A stretch of DNA of 62,525 nucleotides from an uncultured Candidatus Saccharibacteria bacterium (GTDB lineage: Bacteria > Patescibacteriota > Minisyncoccia > Phycocordibacterales > PALSA-1337): NCBI GenBank assembly GCA_964481175.1, contig CAYZSZ010000002.1, positions 1 to 62,525 of the forward strand, in the 5' to 3' direction. The position numbers were made by a program, and so were the translations under genes. This document shows, piece by piece, positions 54,649 through 61,413 of the stretch (the first letter of the stretch is position 1; every line of letters begins with the position of its first letter). A model generated the notes under the pieces. It searched no databases. It was not told where the DNA came from and saw only the letters and a program-made list of their open reading frames with translations.

Positions 54649-54876
54649 TTAATTCTTGAAATGCTCCTGCGCTCTTTGAAGAGCTGCGGCTACATTTCTG
54701 AAGGTCCCAAGGAACCTAGCGGGGGAAAGGATCTGCCGAGGACATGCTCCAGGCACATCGTCTTCACAGGTAGGATCAATCTTTGCGAAATACGTGTTTG
54801 GAGGAAACCTCAACGAATCTGCCTCCTCTGGGGTAAAAATCCAGAGTTCCCAGGCGCCAAATTTAATAGAGGACAT
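54649..54876 (-). CDS. 75-aa hypothetical protein (island)
   Basis: The ORF has its own promoter (minus-sense TTAAGC, 17 nt, TATAAT, with the -10 at 54888-54893). The ATG lies only 11 nt after the -10, so the mRNA is effectively leaderless. A terminator lies downstream. Confidence 0.5.
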   Translation of the reverse strand: MSSIKFGAWELWIFTPEEADSLRFPPNTYFAKIDPTCEDDVPGACPRQILSPARFLGTFRNVAAALQRAQEHFKN

Positions 54877-55326
54877 TCTAAAGCACTATTATAGCATGTT
54901 TTCTGTGCAGGCTTAAATGCTGTGCATGAACTTTTTGAGATAATGACTATTCATCACGATTCCTTTCAAAAATGGAACGAGGAAATGCGTAAGTTTATGA
55001 GCCAACCTCGCCAAGAAGCATCCATGCCAGTAACCCTATAATATGCTAAAGTAAGACTATTATGCAAAAAGATAATTTCACCGATGTAGTAGAGAACTTG
55101 CCACAAGCTCCTGCTCCAACCCCTGCCCCTGCACAACCAGCTCCTGAACAGCAGGTCATGACGAGTGAAGGAGAAACCGTTACTTTAGGCCAATAAAGGA
55201 CTAAATTACAATAAGGGTAGTTCTCTTGAACTATGTAGTATTGGTAGTGAGTAGAAATTAGTAGAAAAAGAGAGAAAAATCCATTCTTCCACATATATTT
55301 TAAGGGTTTCTTGGTAAAATGAAGGC

Positions 55327-55812
55327 GTGTCAGAAATACCAACAAATACCAAAAATACTAAGGTTCCATATAAGAAGGATGTGTTTGAGATGTATGTCAC
55401 TTGGAAGTCTATTCCTGTCTTCTTTAGGGATATGCCTATAGAAAAAGCACAGAAGCACTTTGGTGATGATGAAGAGCTTATGACTATACTGTTTTCCATT
55501 AAAACCCAGTCACAGTTTGCGGAAAAGTTGGGTGTTGAGCAGTCTACTCTCACCAACTGGAACAAGCTCATAGAGAAGCGGAACATGCTTGATGATACGA
55601 GGAAATGGGGTCAGAAACTCACCAAGAATGTGCTTTTTTCATTGTATAGACTTTGCTTAGAAAAGCCCGATGCTAGAGCTATAGAGCTGTGGTTTCAGAT
55701 AGTACATGGATGGAATAGTAAGAAATCTCTACATTCCCCCGAATATGAGGGAGTGAAGAGCATTACTTACACCGTATTTACCCATCGTTGTCCGTGTTTG
55801 GAGAAGGTATAA
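55327..55812 (+). CDS. HTH protein, terminase-small-subunit-like
   Basis: 161 aa with a GTG start. It has an HTH (SQFAEKLGVEQSTLTNWNK). The C-terminal ..ARAIELWFQIVHGWNSKK resembles the ..fwLKnr.gW.dK tail of phage TerS/HTH proteins. Confidence 0.4.
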   Translation: MSEIPTNTKNTKVPYKKDVFEMYVTWKSIPVFFRDMPIEKAQKHFGDDEELMTILFSIKTQSQFAEKLGVEQSTLTNWNKLIEKRNMLDDTRKWGQKLTKNVLFSLYRLCLEKPDARAIELWFQIVHGWNSKKSLHSPEYEGVKSITYTVFTHRCPCLEKV

Positions 55813-55840
55813 AAGCTTTATTTACAGCCCTTTCTTAATA

Positions 55841-55869
55841 TTGACGAATTACGATAAATATGTTAAGAT
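55841..55869 (+). promoter_or_regulatory. sigma70-like promoter with extended -10
   Basis: TTGACG (55841-55846), a 17-nt spacer ending in TGt, then TAAGAT (55864-55869). Confidence 0.5.
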
Positions 55870-55982
55870 AGTAGTAGTTGGGAAAGCTCTTTGAACTGAG
55901 GTATTTGACTGCATCTTTGAGGGCATTTCGTGCCTTGAAAGATGCAGTCACAAACCAACCTGCACACAACCAACCTCAAAAC

Positions 55983-56471
55983 ATGATAACGAACTGGAAG
56001 ACATTGCCCGTCACCTCCTTCACCTCGGCAGAGGAGCTTCTCAAAGCTTTGGAAGAAAACGGCATCGTGGTTGGGTGGAAAGCCGCCCAACTTATCAGAA
56101 AACTGGATGGCAACATTCAGTTTCCATCGGAACCTGTAAAGGTCTCCATTGTGACGAATGCCGATCTCGGTATTACCGATTCGGTCAGCGTCCAAGACTT
56201 CTACGGGAAAGCTACGGCCGCCCGCCACAAACTCTGCACGACAGGAATCGGCATCCTCGCTCGGCTGGCTTACACGCCATCCGAACAGATTGAAAACTAC
56301 GATCTGTGGTTCATCGCCATCGCGATGGAGCCTGTGGAGGTTGACGGTGAGCACCTCATCCTGCGTATCGCCGCTGGCACGCAAGGCTCTCGGCTTGACG
56401 CGGTCGCCGTGACCGGCGATGAAGCGTTCAATTCCGATGCAAAGGACAAGTGGCTCGTCGTGAGCGAATAG
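55983..56471 (+). CDS. GC-rich 162-aa hypothetical protein (island)
   Basis: The ATG at 55983 follows a roughly 105-nt leader. The amino-acid composition is balanced, unlike the Arg/His/Cys-rich antisense ORF. A terminator lies downstream. I recognise no family. Confidence 0.55.
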   Translation: MITNWKTLPVTSFTSAEELLKALEENGIVVGWKAAQLIRKLDGNIQFPSEPVKVSIVTNADLGITDSVSVQDFYGKATAARHKLCTTGIGILARLAYTPSEQIENYDLWFIAIAMEPVEVDGEHLILRIAAGTQGSRLDAVAVTGDEAFNSDAKDKWLVVSE

Positions 56472-56528
56472 TGGCATATCCACTCGGTGAAGCAACCGCG
56501 AGTTCAATCCTCGTAAAACTTTCAACAA

Positions 56529-56560
56529 CGCACTGGCTTCGGCTGGTGCGTTTTCCTTTT
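56529..56560. terminator. bidirectional-looking intrinsic terminator
   Basis: CGCACTGGC-TTCG-GCTGGTGCG is followed by TTTTCCTTTT on the plus strand. It sits between convergent genes. Confidence 0.7.
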
Positions 56561-56566
56561 ATAATT

Positions 56567-57487
56567 TTATTTCTTTGGAATCGGCGGAAGATTTTTGTAT
56601 CCAATGGTGTACCTAATTGGATTATCCTTGTTTCTTTTATCTTCAGGAATCTCAACCACCACTAGAGGCTCTGGTAACTTTGTACTTAGTAAAAATACAA
56701 TTATTTCCTCGCACAAATGGAATATGTTTTGCCAACAGATATTAAGTACCTCCTCAATAGTTTGATGCTGAATAGTAAAATATTTAGGCTTTATTTTGTT
56801 CTGGTTTAATACATATTGCACAGGTGGAACCTTGAATCCATCATGTTCAATGCTGTTTCTGATTTTAATGAAAATCTTATGCCAAGCTTTTCGGTCATCT
56901 TCAATAAACTTACAAAAGTCCACAAATCTTGCATCGGGATTAATCTTTAAGAATCTCTCTTTCTTTTTTTGAAAGTCTTTGTCATCCACAAAAGCAAAGC
57001 TGATGTTGTATCCTAGAAAACCAGCCAATTTTATCAAGCTCTTTAAGGCAATATTTCCACGAATAAAGAAATCCTTGAAAGACATGTTCATATCATTATC
57101 AATTGTTTTCTCTATTGTTATAAGTCCTTGAGCTTCATTATACTTACAATTTTTTCCATCTTTAATATCCTTGTTATGCTCTTCAATCAGGCTTAGGCAC
57201 TTTTCTTTTGCCAACTTTGCTTCGTATAGATTTTGCATGACTGGCTCATGCTTTTTATCAAAATCCATTTTATCTTTGGCATTATAGATATGATTTCTGA
57301 TGTCGCAGATTTGAAACATCATTCTTGCAATAAAGGGGTCGCTTGTTCCGTTCTCATATGCAATTCTCATAACTCCTCCTCGGGGTAGTGTATCCAACTC
57401 GCAACACTTCTTAAATTTCATCCCACTTCCGCAAGGACATTTGTCATTTCTACCAGGTTTTTTGAGATTATTAGCTGATTCAGTCAT
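56567..57487 (-). CDS. SEC-C zinc-binding motif protein with C-terminal RNxxxH (HEPN-like) motif
   Basis: The protein is 306 aa from the ATG at 57487 (MTESANN..). It has CPCGSGMKFKKCC at residues 17-29 and KIRNSIEHDG with R210/H215 (nt 56843-56860). The gene is AT-rich. Confidence 0.6.
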   Translation of the reverse strand: MTESANNLKKPGRNDKCPCGSGMKFKKCCELDTLPRGGVMRIAYENGTSDPFIARMMFQICDIRNHIYNAKDKMDFDKKHEPVMQNLYEAKLAKEKCLSLIEEHNKDIKDGKNCKYNEAQGLITIEKTIDNDMNMSFKDFFIRGNIALKSLIKLAGFLGYNISFAFVDDKDFQKKKERFLKINPDARFVDFCKFIEDDRKAWHKIFIKIRNSIEHDGFKVPPVQYVLNQNKIKPKYFTIQHQTIEEVLNICWQNIFHLCEEIIVFLLSTKLPEPLVVVEIPEDKRNKDNPIRYTIGYKNLPPIPKK

Positions 57488-57736
57488 AGCAGAAAGAGTA
57501 TAAACAATATAGGTAAAATAAGATATAATGGCTCTACAACTGAATATGAGCCTAACCTTTTGCGAAACACTGTTTCGCATGAGCATGGCTATAGGAAATC
57601 CGTTCAAAGTATAAAGCTCTTCGTCAGAGCACTTTGAACGGTCATGCAGGGAAACTTGTATGGGTGACCTTCGGGTCATCGCTGGCGGAGAGCTTTATGC
57701 TGTCTAGCCTATTATCAACCAAAACCGTTCAAAGAT

Positions 57737-58333
57737 ATGCAAATAGCAAGAATCATCATCGGGGCTTTTATTATACTTGTCTCAATCTTTCAGTTGAAAG
57801 ATATGCCGATAACAGGCATTGTGGGAATAGCTTTAGGCGTAAGTTTGATGCCATATACTTGGGGATTCCTTCATAAGAAATACAACCTCGTTCTTGATAA
57901 GAAATATAAAATTATAATTGCCGTTGTGCTTCTCGTATTGTTCGGCTCCACCCTGCCAGAATCTGATACTCCTCCATCTGTAGCAGTATCAGCTCCTACT
58001 TCTGAAGCAAAGCAAGAAACTCCAGAGGAAGCTACCAAGCCTTCTGAAGATGAGAAGGTAAAGGCTCAAGCAGAACTTGATGAAGTCTTAGGCTTAGCCA
58101 AGAAAGCAGGTTTGATTAAGAGCTATGAGTTTTCGGAAACCAAGAGAGTGATTTATGCGGATAGAGTTTGGTATACCCAGACTGTTACTTTCAAGAAAGA
58201 CTTTATGGGAAAGGTGGCATCACTGCGAAAGACAATTTCAGGTTACCATCGTTTTGAAGTGAGGGATGCTTATTCAGATGAGAAAGTGGGAGAAGTGACT
58301 GCATTCAGTGGTTCTATTGAGGTTTATAAGTAG
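57737..58333 (+). CDS. 3-TM membrane protein with soluble C-terminal domain (island)
   Basis: 198 aa. Three N-terminal hydrophobic helices are followed by a P/S/E-rich linker and a roughly 90-aa beta-rich domain. Confidence 0.55.
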   Translation: MQIARIIIGAFIILVSIFQLKDMPITGIVGIALGVSLMPYTWGFLHKKYNLVLDKKYKIIIAVVLLVLFGSTLPESDTPPSVAVSAPTSEAKQETPEEATKPSEDEKVKAQAELDEVLGLAKKAGLIKSYEFSETKRVIYADRVWYTQTVTFKKDFMGKVASLRKTISGYHRFEVRDAYSDEKVGEVTAFSGSIEVYK

Positions 58334-58392
58334 AAACCCGCCCACAAAGCCCCAGAATGCTTTTTAAGGTCGTTGGGTGATAAAATAATGTT

Positions 58393-60024
58393 ATGCCTTA
58401 CCCGAACAATAAAGAAGAGCTACTGGAAGCTCTCAAGTCAATCTATAATCCCACGGATACCAGTGCCGCAAAGGAAGGCTACCGATATATTATCTATGTT
58501 AGAAAATCAACGGACGAAAGCGAAAATCAGGTTAGGTCACTGGCAGACCAAATCCTAGAGTGCAAGGATTTTGCGATAAAGCATAATTTGAAGTTTTCAG
58601 AAAAGGATATTTTGGAAGAAGCTGAATCAGCAAAGGAGCCAGGCATACGGCCGAAGTTCAAGATGATGATTGATGCTTTGAACAATGGAAAATATGACGG
58701 CATCATAGCGTGGCACCCTGATAGGCTGGCAAGGAACATGAAAGATGCGGGGGAAATAATTGACCTCGTAGACAAAGCTATCATCAAAGACTTGAAGTTT
58801 GTAAGCTTCACTTTCACTAATGACGCAAGCGGTAAAATGCTTTTAGGTATCACCTTCGTCCTCTCAAAACAGTATTCTGATAAATTAAGTGACGATGTTA
58901 ACCGAGGAAACAAGCACAGTATTCTTGAAGGTAAATATATAAATCGCCCTAAATATGGATACTATAAAGACAGGAATAAGTTCTTGCGACCCGATGGAAA
59001 AAACTTCAATTTGATAAAGAACTCTTTCCGCATGAGACTTGAAGGAAAGACGATGGATGATATTGCAAATTATCTCAATGAAAACAGCTATTCTCGGCTC
59101 CTGCCAAACGGCGAAAGATTTTTTCCTAAATTGGACAAGCAACGGATAGAGAGGTTTCTCAAAGACCCTGTCTACACAGGCATCCTCATGTATGGCAAGA
59201 AGAACATTGTAGACCTTACCACTATCTATGATTTTATGCCCATGTTGAGCGTTGAGGATTTTATGAAGATAAACAAGCTGTCAGACAAATCTCAACTCTT
59301 CAAGCTCTCAAAGAGCTATCGCAAAGCTGAAAGCATCAAAGCCAACCTCTTGCGGGGAATTGTTTTTTGCCATTCATGCGATGAAGCAATGGCTTCAGGT
59401 ATTACTCCTAAGAAAACAAAGAAAGGCATTACAAGATATTTTTACTATCGCTGTGAAAATGAGGATTGCCCACGGTACGGAAAATCAGTCAGGGCAAAAG
59501 TCATCATGGAATATATCTATGCGTTCCTTGATAAAAAGCCTTTTGCTTCAAAGAAAAGCTATGACCATTACAAAGCAGAAATGACACATGTATCTGAACA
59601 GAGAATCTTAGATGCCAAAGACACACTTATGTCTCTTAAAGCTCAAAAGAGGAAATTGCATGAGAAACTGCTGAATACCAAAGATTTACTCTTAAATAAC
59701 AAGGATGAGGAAATAAAGGTTCATTTCAAAGGAGATTTGAAGGTCATTGATACAGAAATCGGTAAAGTTGCAGAGGCTATTGCTAAAACGGAAGGATTGA
59801 TAGAGAAAGGAAAGGCCAGTATTCTCACCTATGCTCAATTTCTTGAACTTATGGAAAAAATGCCTATTTTGCTTCGTTCTTTGAAGAATATGAGTGAACT
59901 AGACTACATCATACGAAAAATGTTCTTGAACTTTACGGTAAGTGCAAAAAGCGTAGAGAAATCAACGCTTAATTCACCTTTTGATGTGCTTGATGAGCAC
60001 AAAGTCCTACAATGTGCGCGATGA
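58393..60024 (+). CDS. large serine recombinase (integrase type)
   Basis: 543 aa. The resolvase catalytic domain has YIIYVRKSTDESENQVRSLADQ and ..WHPDRLARN. There is also a recombinase domain, a zinc ribbon (CHSC..C..C) and a C-terminal coiled-coil. Confidence 0.9.
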   Translation: MPYPNNKEELLEALKSIYNPTDTSAAKEGYRYIIYVRKSTDESENQVRSLADQILECKDFAIKHNLKFSEKDILEEAESAKEPGIRPKFKMMIDALNNGKYDGIIAWHPDRLARNMKDAGEIIDLVDKAIIKDLKFVSFTFTNDASGKMLLGITFVLSKQYSDKLSDDVNRGNKHSILEGKYINRPKYGYYKDRNKFLRPDGKNFNLIKNSFRMRLEGKTMDDIANYLNENSYSRLLPNGERFFPKLDKQRIERFLKDPVYTGILMYGKKNIVDLTTIYDFMPMLSVEDFMKINKLSDKSQLFKLSKSYRKAESIKANLLRGIVFCHSCDEAMASGITPKKTKKGITRYFYYRCENEDCPRYGKSVRAKVIMEYIYAFLDKKPFASKKSYDHYKAEMTHVSEQRILDAKDTLMSLKAQKRKLHEKLLNTKDLLLNNKDEEIKVHFKGDLKVIDTEIGKVAEAIAKTEGLIEKGKASILTYAQFLELMEKMPILLRSLKNMSELDYIIRKMFLNFTVSAKSVEKSTLNSPFDVLDEHKVLQCAR

Positions 60025-60087
60025 GGGACTCGAACCCCCGACCTTATCAGTGTAAATGATCTGCTCTACCAACTGAGCTAATCGCGC
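60015..60087 (-). tRNA. tRNA-Val (UAC)
   Basis: Reverse complement GCGCGAT-TA-GCTCAGTTGGTAGAGC-A-GATCA-TTTACAC-TGATA-AGGTC-GGGGG-TTCGAGT-CCCTC-ATCGCGC-A. The tRNA looks intact. Its 3' 10 nt overlap the recombinase stop region. Confidence 0.85.
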
Positions 60088-60101
60088 ATTTACCTGTAGT
60101 T

Positions 60102-60833
60102 ATGCTAGAGTACATCATTATGGAGGAAATTTCAATCTTATACGAAGACAAGCACTATATCGCGGTCAACAAACCGGCTGGTATTGTGGTGCATCCAGAT
60201 GGCAAACGAGAGGAGCCAGCACTCACGGACTGGATCATCAAACACTATCCAAATATAAAGGGAGTAGGGGAACCACTCATGGGGATCGACCGTCCTGGTA
60301 TTGTCCATCGTATCGACAAAGAGACTTCGGGGGTACTTTTGATTGCAAAAGACCAAGAGGCATACGAGGCACTCAAAGCTCAGTTCCAAGACCGAACAGT
60401 AAAGAAAAAATACTATGCATTTGTGTACGGAGAACTAAAAGACAAATACGGCATCATCAATCGTCCGATCGGTCGCAGCAAGAGTGACTTCCGCAAATGG
60501 TCTGCAACACGAGGAGCTCGTGGAGAGATGCGAGAAGCTGAAACCTGGTACACCGTCATAAAGACTACAAAACTAGCTTCATATGTCCTTGTAGAGCCAA
60601 AAACAGGCCGTACACACCAGATCCGAGTACATTTTGCAGCTATCAATCATCCAATCATCCATGACGGTCTTTACGCCGCTGGCAAACAAAAGCTTTTTGG
60701 CTTTACCCGAAACGCCCTACACGCATTCTCAGTCACCTTTACCAATATGGAGGGCAAAGAGGTCACCGTCGAGGCTCCGCTCCCAAAAGACTTTGTGGAG
60801 GCTAAAAACGAGTTTGGGCTTGCGGAAATATAG
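60102..60833 (+). CDS. RluA-family pseudouridine synthase
   Basis: 243 aa. It has ..HRIDKETSGVLLIAK.. and ..GRTHQIRVH. Confidence 0.85.
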   Translation: MLEYIIMEEISILYEDKHYIAVNKPAGIVVHPDGKREEPALTDWIIKHYPNIKGVGEPLMGIDRPGIVHRIDKETSGVLLIAKDQEAYEALKAQFQDRTVKKKYYAFVYGELKDKYGIINRPIGRSKSDFRKWSATRGARGEMREAETWYTVIKTTKLASYVLVEPKTGRTHQIRVHFAAINHPIIHDGLYAAGKQKLFGFTRNALHAFSVTFTNMEGKEVTVEAPLPKDFVEAKNEFGLAEI

Positions 60834-60859
60834 GGTTTGTGATAGATTTGCTCCTACGT

Positions 60860-61255
60860 ATGGCAATAATTACCTCAGTAAATATCGACGAACGAACTAA
60901 ACTTGACTTCCAGTCAGGCGACACTGTTCGTGTTTGGCAGAAAATCAAAGAAAAGGACAAGTTCCGACTTCAAGCATTTGAAGGTCTTGTACTCGCTCGA
61001 AAGCACGGAGAACAAGCAGGAGGAACGTTTACAGTTCGAAAGGTTATGGACGGAGTAGGGGTAGAAAAGATCTTCCCACTATTCTCACCGATGATCGACA
61101 AGATTGAGGTCACTCGACGAGCAAAGACACGACGAAGCAAACTCTATTTCGTACGAGAAAAGGCAGCAAAAGAAATCCGACGTGCGATGCGAAAGACACT
61201 AGCAGCAAAAGAGGTAGTAGAAGAAACTCCAAAAGTAGAAAACACCGAAGCATAA
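60860..61255 (+). CDS. rplS: 50S ribosomal protein L19
   Basis: The ATG is at 60860. ..FQSGDTVRV..K.RLQAFEG.V.A.......FTVRK...GVGVE..FP..SP.I.. is the L19 pattern, followed by a basic/acidic C-terminal extension. Confidence 0.9.
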   Translation: MAIITSVNIDERTKLDFQSGDTVRVWQKIKEKDKFRLQAFEGLVLARKHGEQAGGTFTVRKVMDGVGVEKIFPLFSPMIDKIEVTRRAKTRRSKLYFVREKAAKEIRRAMRKTLAAKEVVEETPKVENTEA

Positions 61256-61260
61256 TAAAT

Positions 61261-61284
61261 CCCGCCGAAAGGCGGTTTTTATTT
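61261..61284 (+). terminator. intrinsic terminator after rplS
   Basis: CCGCC-GAAA-GGCGG is followed by TTTTTATTT. Confidence 0.7.
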
Positions 61285-61324
61285 GATTAAAACTGATATT
61301 TTGCTATAGTGGTGGAGCAATTAT

Positions 61325-61409
61325 GCGCAGGTGGCGAAACTGGTAGACGCACTACCTTGAGGTGGTAGCGCCCGTTAAGGGCTTGGAAGTTCGAGTCTTC
61401 TCCTGCGCA
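61325..61409 (+). tRNA. tRNA-Leu (GAG)
   Basis: GCGCAGG-TG-GCGAAACTGGTAGACGC-A-CTACC-TTGAGGT-GGTAG, a long variable arm, then GGAAG-TTCGAGT-CTTCT-CCTGCGC-A. Confidence 0.9.
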
Positions 61410-61413
61410 CAAA

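Larger units (their letters stand above)
54605..60024. mobile_element. putative integrative island with large serine recombinase, abutting tRNA-Val
   Basis: The recombinase gene ends inside the tRNA-Val 3' end. Composition is mosaic, mixing AT-rich and GC-rich genes. Cargo is orphan or phage-like. The island lies between two tRNA genes. The left boundary is uncertain (anywhere from 53800 to 54650). Confidence 0.55.

Noticed and set aside
54661-54894. A plus-strand 77-aa ORF antisense to the 75-aa island gene.
   Set aside because: Its composition is Arg/Cys/Gly-rich and non-protein-like, and it has no promoter or terminator on this strand. The minus-strand ORF has both.
55878-55982. The N-terminal extension (TTG start) of the 197-aa track ORF.
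   Set aside because: The TTG lies at the predicted transcription start, and the extension is encoded by the leader hairpin and the CA-rich repeat. The ATG at 55983 is the more credible start.
55863-56528. A minus-strand 221-aa ORF opposite the 162-aa island gene.
   Set aside because: It is an Arg/His/Cys-rich shadow frame. The promoter and the terminator T-run fit the plus-strand gene, and the minus ORF would run through the terminator hairpin.
56567-57679. The full 370-aa version of the SEC-C/HEPN-like ORF.
   Set aside because: The first 64 codons are hydrophobic or low-complexity and overlap the structured divergent spacer. The ATG at 57487 directly precedes the SEC-C motif. I use 306 aa.
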